Source: an uncultured Pseudomonadota bacterium (GTDB lineage Bacteria > Pseudomonadota > Alphaproteobacteria > Rs-D84). From it: 64,000 nucleotides of DNA. Each line of letters opens with the position of its first letter. Within the stretch, counting starts at the first letter, position 1. Both the position numbers and the translations under genes were made by a program. Location: the NCBI GenBank assembly GCA_902771695.1, contig CACXXP010000001.1:144642-208641 (forward strand), given 5' to 3'. This document shows positions 56,659 to 64,000 of this stretch, piece after piece. Below the pieces are notes generated by a model. It searched no databases, was not told the DNA's origin, and worked only from the letters and a program-made list of their open reading frames with translations.

Positions 56659-57897
56659 CTATGGGCAAACATCCAATTGATCCAAAACGTTTCGAACGTC
56701 ATTATTTATTGAAACGGTTATTTGACGTTGCAGACCATCCGTATATGTCCATAAAAATTGTGATGCCGCAAATTCAGGTGATGCGTTCCATGCATCTACA
56801 AATGGCGCCAACATTGCACGGAACCATTCGCGACCGCGACACAGGCATCCGTTACGAACGTCCGCAATTACCGATGCAGTTGCGGTTTCAGGATATTGCG
56901 CATCTATTTCGTCATCGGTGGTCATCAAACAGCGACCGCCAATATTATAGAAATTCGCATCGTCTGACATAAATTTATATACCAATCCATCAGACGCCCC
57001 CGCACGACGCAGTGAATAAATCATACCTTCGGTACAGCACGCACGTGCGGAATTCATCAACATTTTATAGCGTTCAACCAATGGTGCCGCCGTGGCCGAA
57101 TTCGCATCTATATTTCCTGTGCATCCGATTTCTGATACAAAATCGGACATCTTGTCATCACGGATTTTCGGACTGCGTGGTGAAACGGTTTCACGAATAA
57201 TTGGTTTGCGACGCCATATGTTGCATTCTGTTTCTGTTTCAAATGGACATCCATCGGCCGACCCAAATGCAACCTGGATTGGAACGGTCATATCTTGGGC
57301 AGTGTATGCCGCATTGCACGGTTTTTCATCACCATCATTCCACAAATCATCAGATGGACGACCCGGCGTCAATAATTCTTCAATTCTTGCGCGTGTTGCA
57401 CTGACATCGTTCATAGTATCGTTGTACATTTCAACCAATTCCGTATCGTTGGAATTACGCAGATACAATTCTGGCAGTGGTTGCAACATCCAATCACGAA
57501 AATCCTTCTTTTTATAGTTTGATATTGAATCGTCCCAGATTGGAACGCCATCTTTCCAACTGACCGTTTTGGGTGAAAGATTTTGGTGATATTCACCACT
57601 GGTCCCGTCCCACAGTGGTGGACGGTTGTCAATCGGTGCAGATTTGATAGACAGCAATTTCATATTCCGCATTGGGGTTAGTTTAGAATTTGATGTCGTG
57701 ACAACTTCTGATTCAATTTCTTGAACATCGGTTTCTTCTTCAACATCGCAATCTTCACAATGCATGGAAACGCCCTCAAAAATATAGGCCTTGCGTGGCG
57801 TACTGTCACATCCTTCGCCGGTGCAATCAGATGCAAATGCACCCATGATTCCGCACATGCACAACATGGATGATAAAAATAAAATCTTGGTCTTCAT
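56659..57897 (-). CDS. Secreted Cys-rich hypothetical protein
   Basis: Signal peptide ending AFA; many Cys (GCPF..EC, RACC, GCLC, C-terminal CP). Confidence 0.7.
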   Translation of the reverse strand: MKTKILFLSSMLCMCGIMGAFASDCTGEGCDSTPRKAYIFEGVSMHCEDCDVEEETDVQEIESEVVTTSNSKLTPMRNMKLLSIKSAPIDNRPPLWDGTSGEYHQNLSPKTVSWKDGVPIWDDSISNYKKKDFRDWMLQPLPELYLRNSNDTELVEMYNDTMNDVSATRARIEELLTPGRPSDDLWNDGDEKPCNAAYTAQDMTVPIQVAFGSADGCPFETETECNIWRRKPIIRETVSPRSPKIRDDKMSDFVSEIGCTGNIDANSATAAPLVERYKMLMNSARACCTEGMIYSLRRAGASDGLVYKFMSDDANFYNIGGRCLMTTDDEIDAQYPETATASVIADVRNGCLCRGREWFRAMLAPFVDAWNASPEFAASQFLWTYTDGLQRQITVSINNDVRNVLDQLDVCP

Positions 57898-58035
57898 AAT
57901 ATAGAATATTATCATAAAATGAGCATATTTAAAACATAAATTTATCTTTATATTAACATTTTTATGAATTTTATTTGCATTTTGCCACAGATTTTTATAC
58001 CCTTGGCGTGTTAGAAACAATCAAAAGGATAAAAA

Positions 58036-58605
58036 ATGGCATCAGTTACAGCAAATGATATGCGTGTCGGTTGGGTTATTTCCCACAATGGTCGTCGTTA
58101 CACCGTCACATCTATTACCAAAGTAAAACCAGGCAAAGGCGGTGCATTTGTTCAGGCCGATTTGCGCGATATTGATTCTGGTAACAAAGGTGGCGATCGT
58201 TGGCGTGCCGAAGATAAAGTTGAAAAGTTGATGGTTGAAGATGTGGAATGTCAATATTTGTATTCTGATGGTACAGATGCGTACTTTATGAACCTTAATG
58301 ATTACGAACAATTTACAATGCCATTGGATTCTTTGGGCGAACAGGTTAAATTCTTGGCCCCAGAAATGAATGTGCGTACCAACTATGTTGAAGGTCAACC
58401 AGTTTCAGTTACTTTGCCAAAAACAGTTATTGCAACAATCGTGGAAACAGAACCGGCATTAAAGGGTCAAACCGCAACAGGCAGTGGCGGTAAGCCGGCT
58501 ATTTTGGATAATGGTGTTCGTGTCCAGGTTCCTGTGTTCATTGAACAAGGTGAAAAAATTGTTGTTAACACTGAAACATTGGAATACGTTGAACGTGCCA
58601 AATAA
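58036..58605 (+). CDS. efp: Elongation factor P
   Basis: VKPGKGGAFVQ, YLYSDG, TEPALKGQTA, KPA.L.NG..VQVP.FI. Confidence 0.97.
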   Translation: MASVTANDMRVGWVISHNGRRYTVTSITKVKPGKGGAFVQADLRDIDSGNKGGDRWRAEDKVEKLMVEDVECQYLYSDGTDAYFMNLNDYEQFTMPLDSLGEQVKFLAPEMNVRTNYVEGQPVSVTLPKTVIATIVETEPALKGQTATGSGGKPAILDNGVRVQVPVFIEQGEKIVVNTETLEYVERAK

Positions 58606-58649
58606 ATCATAATAACTATTTGGTGATGTTTGGTGTTAGTGGTTAGTAT

Positions 58650-58677
58650 AAAAAACGGTGCAAACGCACCGTTTTTT
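58650..58677. terminator. Bidirectional terminator (efp/fba)
   Basis: AAAAAACGGTGC-AAAC-GCACCGTTTTTT. Confidence 0.82.
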
Positions 58678-59620
58678 AATTTCTGTTTGCAGAATTCATT
58701 ATATTTGTAATTTCGTCCATTGTGTTTTCGTATACCGCATGCATTGCGGGCCCAAGGTATTCACGTGGGTTAAAATTGTCGGGGGCATGCGAAAAACTTT
58801 GGCGTATGGCCGCGGTAAATGCAAGACGTGAATCACTGTCCACATTTATTTTGCATATGTTGGTCGTGGCCGCGCGTTGTAATTGTTGAACCGGAATGCC
58901 CAGCGCGTTTTTTATATTGCCACCATTTTCATTTATTGTTCGGACCAGGTGTGATGGAATAGATGAAGCGCCATGTAATACGAGTGGAAAGTTCGGCAAT
59001 AATTCCATAATTTTTTCCAATATGTCAAAGCGCAGTTCCTGGGTCGGTGATTTCATTTTATATGCACCGTGGCTTGTGCCAATGGCGACCGCCAATGAAT
59101 CAACGCCTGTTTTTGATACAAAATCGTAAACATCTGCCGGATTGGTGTACATTTCGGTATCAGACGTAGTGTTTTCGTCTTCGTGACCACGCAGAACGCC
59201 AAGTTCGGCCTCGGTTGATACCCCATACATGTGTGCGTATTCAGCAACGCGGGCGGAAAGCGCAACATTTTCATCAAATGTCTTGGTGCTTGCATCTATC
59301 ATGACACTGGAAAAGCCCAAATCTATGGCGTGGACGCATGAATCAAACGAATGGCCATGATCCAAATGCAGTGCAATATTTTCATCTGGGGTAATATGTA
59401 CGGCATCAATAATCGCCATCAACATATCATCGCCCATATATTTTAATGCGGATTCAGATACGGCAAGAATAACAGGGCTGTGGCTTTGACGGGCGGCACC
59501 CAGAATTGCGGCAAAAGATTCCATATTGTAAAAATTAAATGCCCCAATTGCGTAACGGCGGACCAATGCGTCATCAAACATCGCCCCTGTGTTAACCAGG
59601 CCATATTTTTCATATTTCAT
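58676..59620 (-). CDS. fba: Class II fructose-bisphosphate aldolase
   Basis: AIGAFN, LHLDHG, SSVMIDAS, EAELG, AIGTSHGAYK, VLHGAS, KINVDSD. Confidence 0.94.
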   Translation of the reverse strand: MKYEKYGLVNTGAMFDDALVRRYAIGAFNFYNMESFAAILGAARQSHSPVILAVSESALKYMGDDMLMAIIDAVHITPDENIALHLDHGHSFDSCVHAIDLGFSSVMIDASTKTFDENVALSARVAEYAHMYGVSTEAELGVLRGHEDENTTSDTEMYTNPADVYDFVSKTGVDSLAVAIGTSHGAYKMKSPTQELRFDILEKIMELLPNFPLVLHGASSIPSHLVRTINENGGNIKNALGIPVQQLQRAATTNICKINVDSDSRLAFTAAIRQSFSHAPDNFNPREYLGPAMHAVYENTMDEITNIMNSANRN

Positions 59621-59798
59621 GAAAGATTCTCTCTCTTGTCTACTTTGGACATTATTATAACACATTTTATTATAATTCTGTATGATTTTATCCCGGTCAA
59701 AAAAATACATAAAATAGTTGACAGGACAAATATTTGTGCAAAAATATACATGAACGAATCGGGGGTCCGGTTAGAGATAATATAAAAAGGAAAATATA

Positions 59799-60176
59799 AT
59801 GAAAAAAATTTTGGCTTTTGTTTTTGCGGTTGTGGCATTGGCTGCGTGTTCTGGGTATGACTATTACAAGGGTGATGTCCGTTACAGACAGAAAGGTAAA
59901 GATTGTGTATATTATATTGAAGAATATGCACGTAATTATTCCGAAGAAATTCGTGGTATAGATGGCGACAATCGCATTGTTTACAAAAACACACGTTGTT
60001 CAGATTTGTTTGCACGTGACAATGGTGGTCGTATAGAACGTAATGATCGCAAGGTCTTGGTTCCAGCAATCACAGAAGAACCTGTTGTTTCTTCTTGCGC
60101 GAAATATTCATCCAGTTGCAGCAACGTTGAAATGGTTCCGGTGACACGTCGTTTCTATACAATTTCTGGCAAATAA
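59799..60176 (+). CDS. Hypothetical lipoprotein
   Basis: LAAC lipobox; AAGGA RBS. Confidence 0.75.
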   Translation: MKKILAFVFAVVALAACSGYDYYKGDVRYRQKGKDCVYYIEEYARNYSEEIRGIDGDNRIVYKNTRCSDLFARDNGGRIERNDRKVLVPAITEEPVVSSCAKYSSSCSNVEMVPVTRRFYTISGK

Positions 60177-60196
60177 TATTCAGTTATTGTGATAAA

Positions 60197-60224
60197 GCAC
60201 CGCTGGGTTCCCCGGCGGTGTTTT
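60197..60224 (+). terminator. Intrinsic terminator
   Basis: GCACCGCTGGG-TTC-CCCGGCGGTGTTTT. Confidence 0.75.
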
Positions 60225-60283
60225 ATTTTATTTGAAACAACACCAAAATTGTGATAAAATTAAACGGAAAAAGGAGAAATGAT

Positions 60284-60643
60284 ATGAAAAAGATTTCACA
60301 ATATTTAATGACTGCGATGGTCACGGTTACGATTTTTGCACAAAACGCTTTCGCGGCCAAGGGCGGCGATACCGGTGTATGTGCGTTAATAAGTCAACTT
60401 TCGCCAGTTATTAAAACATTACGTACGTTGGCGTTCTTGGGTGCCGCGTTTATCCTTATGGATTGGGCGTGGGGCTATATCAAGGCCGGTGACGTTAAAA
60501 AGGACGATTTGAAAGACAAGGGTATCGCATTGTTTGTTGGATTCTTTTTATTGTTCGGTGTCGGTATCGTGTTGTCGTTTGTGGCATCGACCGGTGGGCA
60601 AGAATACCTTGGGTGTGTCAAGAGTGCGTTTGCCGTTAAATAA
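60284..60643 (+). CDS. TrbC/VirB2-like pilin-type small membrane protein
   Basis: Signal peptide ending AFA, amphipathic helix, two hydrophobic helices separated by a charged loop. Confidence 0.55.
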   Translation: MKKISQYLMTAMVTVTIFAQNAFAAKGGDTGVCALISQLSPVIKTLRTLAFLGAAFILMDWAWGYIKAGDVKKDDLKDKGIALFVGFFLLFGVGIVLSFVASTGGQEYLGCVKSAFAVK

Positions 60644-60668
60644 TAGGTTATATATGTGACAATAAAAT

Positions 60669-60691
60669 CAAGGTACCGTTTTGGTACCTTG
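60669..60691. terminator. Hairpin between convergent genes
   Basis: CAAGGTACC-GTTTT-GGTACCTTG. Confidence 0.7.
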
Positions 60692-60695
60692 TATT

Positions 60696-61583
60696 TTAAT
60701 GTGCGAAACCGTATTTCTTGGCAAAGTCAATTTCACGTTTATTGCGTTCTTGGATAACTTTTTTAACTGGGGTTTTGGTAAAATTGTGCACTGGATCACT
60801 ATCGCGGGGGCCACTAAAATTTTTGCGTGCCGCGGCGGTATTTAATGTTACAATTCTTTTTAATGTGCCGTATCTTTGGTCGGATGAATCAAAATTTTCT
60901 ACGATTTTTCGTAACAAACACCCATATGCATACAGCAAATAACAGTTCATATAGTCGGCCAATGGGGTTTTTGGTGGAATCTCGTATTTGCCCCGTATTT
61001 CGTATGTTGATATTCCATCGTAAAGAATATCGTTTATTTCACGATGCAAACCGGAATAACGGTCCCCGCATTCATGTGGGGACGTGATGTTGGAATTAAA
61101 TCGTCTAAGGATTCCACCCAGGAACCCTTCGTACTTCGCAACATTTGCACGCCATTGGATTCGTGCGGTTTCGTCTGATGTTTGTTTTATGGTATTAAAT
61201 GATTCGTGTGGATTTATAAAATATTCCTGTTGAAATATTGTGTATGCATTAAAATATTTCATTAACGCCCAACCCATATATTGGGATATTTCGATATTGT
61301 CTTCTTCGTTGCGTATGATTGGCAAGTTGTTCGCGACAATCTGGTCCAATTTTTCTGGTTTACGTGAATATATCTGCTTTGGGGTACTGGTCCGTAAGAT
61401 TTGTTCAAATTTATCCTGGGATTTATAAACTTTTGTAGATATTTCTTTATAATTTACGGTTGATAAAACGCCATCAAGATACCAAATTTCAGAAATCGGT
61501 GTTGTGAATAATTCGTATTCATATATTGCATTGTAAGAGGCATTTAATTTTTCGAATATTTGTTTCAGATTTAATCTGGCCAT
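60696..61583 (-). CDS. Divergent DinD-like protein
   Basis: EISQYMGWAL, QQEYF, RIQWRANV..YE..LGG, LYDG.ST.EIR.KY.IP..TPLADYM and P....TPVKKV follow the DinD motif order, by eye. Confidence 0.55.
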   Translation of the reverse strand: MARLNLKQIFEKLNASYNAIYEYELFTTPISEIWYLDGVLSTVNYKEISTKVYKSQDKFEQILRTSTPKQIYSRKPEKLDQIVANNLPIIRNEEDNIEISQYMGWALMKYFNAYTIFQQEYFINPHESFNTIKQTSDETARIQWRANVAKYEGFLGGILRRFNSNITSPHECGDRYSGLHREINDILYDGISTYEIRGKYEIPPKTPLADYMNCYLLYAYGCLLRKIVENFDSSDQRYGTLKRIVTLNTAAARKNFSGPRDSDPVHNFTKTPVKKVIQERNKREIDFAKKYGFAH

Positions 61584-61604
61584 TTTTGCCTCTATTGTTA
61601 TTTC

Positions 61605-61835
61605 TTATTGATTGGTGCCTTCGTCGTTATGTGCAATTGAAAACAAAACAGATGATATCAGTGATTGGTATGGAACATGCTGGGTTGCCGCCAATTCTTT
61701 TAATCGGTCCAGCACTGGTCGTGGGATACGCATATTTATAACGGCGTCCGATTTATTAAATGCACGATAAGCCGCGTAATCTCGCAACAGGGATTCAATA
61801 TTCATCATGAAAAGTTGTTGCATAACGTTTGGCAT
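61605..61835 (-). CDS. CopG/BrnA-like ribbon-helix-helix DNA-binding protein
   Basis: K...INMRIPRPVLDRLKELAATQHVPYQSLISSVL; AGGA RBS. Confidence 0.75.
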   Translation of the reverse strand: MPNVMQQLFMMNIESLLRDYAAYRAFNKSDAVINMRIPRPVLDRLKELAATQHVPYQSLISSVLFSIAHNDEGTNQ

Positions 61836-61842
61836 TTTTTGT

Positions 61843-61970
61843 TCCTATACATTACTCTATACAACCGTCTTTACGAGGTACTATACCATTGTATTTACAT
61901 TTGTCAATACAAATGTCTAGACGCCTGTATTTACTATGGTATTTACGATTGTATTGCTGGTTGTATGGTA
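61843..61970. repeat. 12-bp-periodic array of GT-N4-AC boxes (candidate operator array)
   Basis: AC recurs exactly every 12 nt nine times (61849 to 61945); GT recurs in register at 61867 and 61891-61963. Confidence 0.8.
61880..61907 (-). promoter_or_regulatory. Promoter of the RHH/DinD-like pair, embedded in the repeat array
   Basis: Minus strand TTGACA (61907-61902), 16 nt, TATAGT (61885-61880) with extended -10 TGG. Confidence 0.6.
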
Positions 61971-62044
61971 TATTTTGGTTGGCCTTTTTATTGATTTGGA
62001 AATAAAAAATTGCGTTTTATTTTTAATAGTTTTTTTATCTGGGC

Positions 62045-62073
62045 TTGCACTTTTATAACCGATAATATAGAAT
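62045..62073 (+). promoter_or_regulatory. sigma70-like promoter of tolB
   Basis: TTGCAC, 17 nt, TAGAAT. Confidence 0.6.
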
Positions 62074-62109
62074 GCAAATCGTATAAGATAACTAAGGAAA
62101 GGAATTCTT

Positions 62110-63432
62110 ATGTTTAAACGAATATTAGTATTGGCATTTATGGCCGTTGGTTTGTTTACATTAAATGCACGTGCAGAATTAAAGGTTGATATTATTGCCG
62201 GCACGACCGATCCGATTTCGGTCGCCGTTCAAAAGATAGAAGTTGCGTCTGGGGCATCGACATCGGATGCGGCAACTATTCGCACGGTGGTCGAAGAAAA
62301 TCTGAAACGGACGGGCTTGTTTCATATTGTAAATCATAATGCCTTTCCAGAATATGTGAAATTGGACGAGATGCCGGACTTTAAATTGTGGACCGCCGTT
62401 AAAACCCAAGTTTTGGTTCAGGGTAAATTAACCAAAAAGGCGGATAGTAAATATCAATTAGATTTCTTTGTTTGGGATATTCCGGGTAAAGAACAGATAG
62501 AGGCCCAAAGTTTAGAGGCGTCAAAAAAATCTGTGCGTCGTTTGGGACATATTATGTCGGATGCCATTTACGAACGTTTAACGGGAGAGATCGGATATTT
62601 TGATACCCAAATTGTATTCATTGCTGAAACAGGTCCGGTTGATAAACGTGTTAAACGTATGGCGATTATGGACCAAGATGGTCATGGTTTGCGTTATTTG
62701 TCGGATGCCAAGACGTTTGTTATGTCGCCACATTTTTCGCCAAATATGCAATCTATTGTGTTCTTGTCATATTATAATGATGATCCGATGGTTTGGGTTC
62801 TGAATTTGGATACGGGTGAACAACGCAGATTGGGACAATTTGGGGGTATGAATTTTGCACCGCGTTTTTCGCCAGATGGAAATCGGGTCGCATTATCTTT
62901 GGTTAAAAACGGTATAACACATATATATGAATATAATATTGAAACAAATGCGTTCCGGCAATTGACGACGGGTGATTCTATTAACACCAGCCCATCTTAT
63001 TCGCCCGATGGCCGTAAAATAGCGTTTAATTCTGACCGCAGTGGCAGCCAGCAGATTCATATTTTGGACCTTGATACCGGAAAAATAAACCGTATCACAT
63101 ACGGGGCAGGGCGTTATGCCACACCGGCATGGTCGCCAGATGGACAATTTATTGCGTTTACCAAAATGGCGGATGATACGTTTTACGTTGGTATAATGAG
63201 TCCCGAAGGTAAAAATGAAAAGATTCTTGCCGGTGGGTGGTTTATGGAGGCACCGTCTTGGGCGCCTGGGTCACGTCGTTTGGTATATTATGAAACAGAA
63301 CGCGCGAGTGATGATATTGAACGCATGAGTCATATTCGCAGCGTGGATATAACCGGACAAAACTTGTACGATATTGAATTGCCAGACAACGTAAATGGTG
63401 TTGAACCAACATGGTCGCCAAGGTTGCCGTAA
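62110..63432 (+). CDS. tolB: Tol-Pal system beta-propeller protein TolB
   Basis: H..SDAIYERLTGE.GYFDTQIVF, IMDQDG, PD40 repeats (PRFSPDG, PSYSPDG, PAWSPDG), PTWSP. Confidence 0.95.
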   Translation: MFKRILVLAFMAVGLFTLNARAELKVDIIAGTTDPISVAVQKIEVASGASTSDAATIRTVVEENLKRTGLFHIVNHNAFPEYVKLDEMPDFKLWTAVKTQVLVQGKLTKKADSKYQLDFFVWDIPGKEQIEAQSLEASKKSVRRLGHIMSDAIYERLTGEIGYFDTQIVFIAETGPVDKRVKRMAIMDQDGHGLRYLSDAKTFVMSPHFSPNMQSIVFLSYYNDDPMVWVLNLDTGEQRRLGQFGGMNFAPRFSPDGNRVALSLVKNGITHIYEYNIETNAFRQLTTGDSINTSPSYSPDGRKIAFNSDRSGSQQIHILDLDTGKINRITYGAGRYATPAWSPDGQFIAFTKMADDTFYVGIMSPEGKNEKILAGGWFMEAPSWAPGSRRLVYYETERASDDIERMSHIRSVDITGQNLYDIELPDNVNGVEPTWSPRLP

Positions 63433-63848
63433 TGAAAAATCTGTGTGTTGGATTTGGTGCTTTATTTTGGGTGTCTTGTGCGGTGGCGGTGCCGGCGCGC
63501 GTTGGGCATATTATTGATGGTGATACTTTTTCAGGCATTGTTAGATTGGACGATGATGTAGAAGTTTCTGTGCGCGTTCGTTTGCGTAATGTTGATACCC
63601 CAGAAATAAATGGCGATTGCGAATACGAACGTACACGTGCGGTTCAGGCCCGTAATCGTTTGGGCGAAATGATACCTGTCGGTACCACCGTTGAATTAAC
63701 CAATATCAAAGATGATAAATACCTTGGGCGTATAGATGCCAATGTATTGGATGAACGTGGTCGTGATGTTGGAAATCGTCTGGTCCAAGAAGGTTTTGGA
63801 CGAAAATATAATGGTGGCCGTCGTGACAAATGGTGCAATATAAAATAA
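63432..63848 (+). CDS. Thermonuclease (SNase) family protein
   Basis: IIDGDT, VRLRNVDTPE, DKYLGRIDA, LVQEGFGR; N-terminal signal. Confidence 0.9.
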   Translation: MKNLCVGFGALFWVSCAVAVPARVGHIIDGDTFSGIVRLDDDVEVSVRVRLRNVDTPEINGDCEYERTRAVQARNRLGEMIPVGTTVELTNIKDDKYLGRIDANVLDERGRDVGNRLVQEGFGRKYNGGRRDKWCNIK

Positions 63849-63851
63849 ATA

Positions 63852-64000
63852 CTATGCGCTGTGGCGATTTATCGCCTCACGAATTTCTTCCAGTGACGAT
63901 GTTGATGCAATAACAGGTTCAAAATGCATTGTGGCAACACCGCTGCGCATGCGGCCGTGCTTTGGCCAATAAAGCCCTGTATCAGTGCCAACTGGTATAA
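63852..64000 (-). CDS. C-terminus of probable lysophospholipid acyltransferase (PlsC-like); partial
   Basis: Minus-strand frame reads IPVGTDTGLYWPKHGRMRSGVATMHFEPVI...stop. Confidence 0.6.
   Translation of the reverse strand, partial: IPVGTDTGLYWPKHGRMRSGVATMHFEPVIASTSSLEEIREAINRHSA

Noticed and set aside
61843-61970. CRISPR array
   Set aside because: The 12-bp period is far too short, the repeats are degenerate, and no cas genes are present.
61917-62204. 95-aa minus-strand ORF ending NTIVNTIVNTGV
   Set aside because: It overlaps the tolB start and promoter antisense and covers less than half of the array; most likely a shadow ORF.

Overview
AT-rich, gene-dense chromosomal window from a bacterium with alphaproteobacterial signatures (DksA, DUF3035-like lipoprotein, RHH_4 protein, Lol/Tol/Tat, AsmA). 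Its fragmented operons suggest a reduced-genome, host-associated lineage; this assignment is inference. It is mostly housekeeping: trmB, gltX, thrS, suf genes, ftsL/ftsI, recJ, lolA, tatABC, miaB, gatCAB, rpsT, plsY, dprA, dnaA, parE, dnaJ, pgsA, uvrC, dnaN, efp, fba, tolB, and tRNA-Lys(CTT) and tRNA-Phe(GAA). It also carries dispersed type IVb-pilus-like genes and several secreted orphans. No CRISPR array, rRNA, IS or prophage was seen. The strongest unexplained signals are: (1) an exact 12-bp-periodic array of about 11 GT-N4-AC boxes over the promoter of an RHH-like/DinD-like gene pair (60696-61970); (2) an unannotated Thr-rich leader peptide, MKHFMFIFTTATTTTPFGVR, between a perfect sigma70 promoter and thrS (candidate attenuator); (3) an in-frame YbeY-Lnt fusion; (4) a structured ~200-nt dnaA leader; (5) several apparent pseudo-enzymes (HNH-like next to SUKH-like, Cu/Zn-SOD-like, DeoC-like). 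All family calls come from motif recognition by eye; no database search was run.
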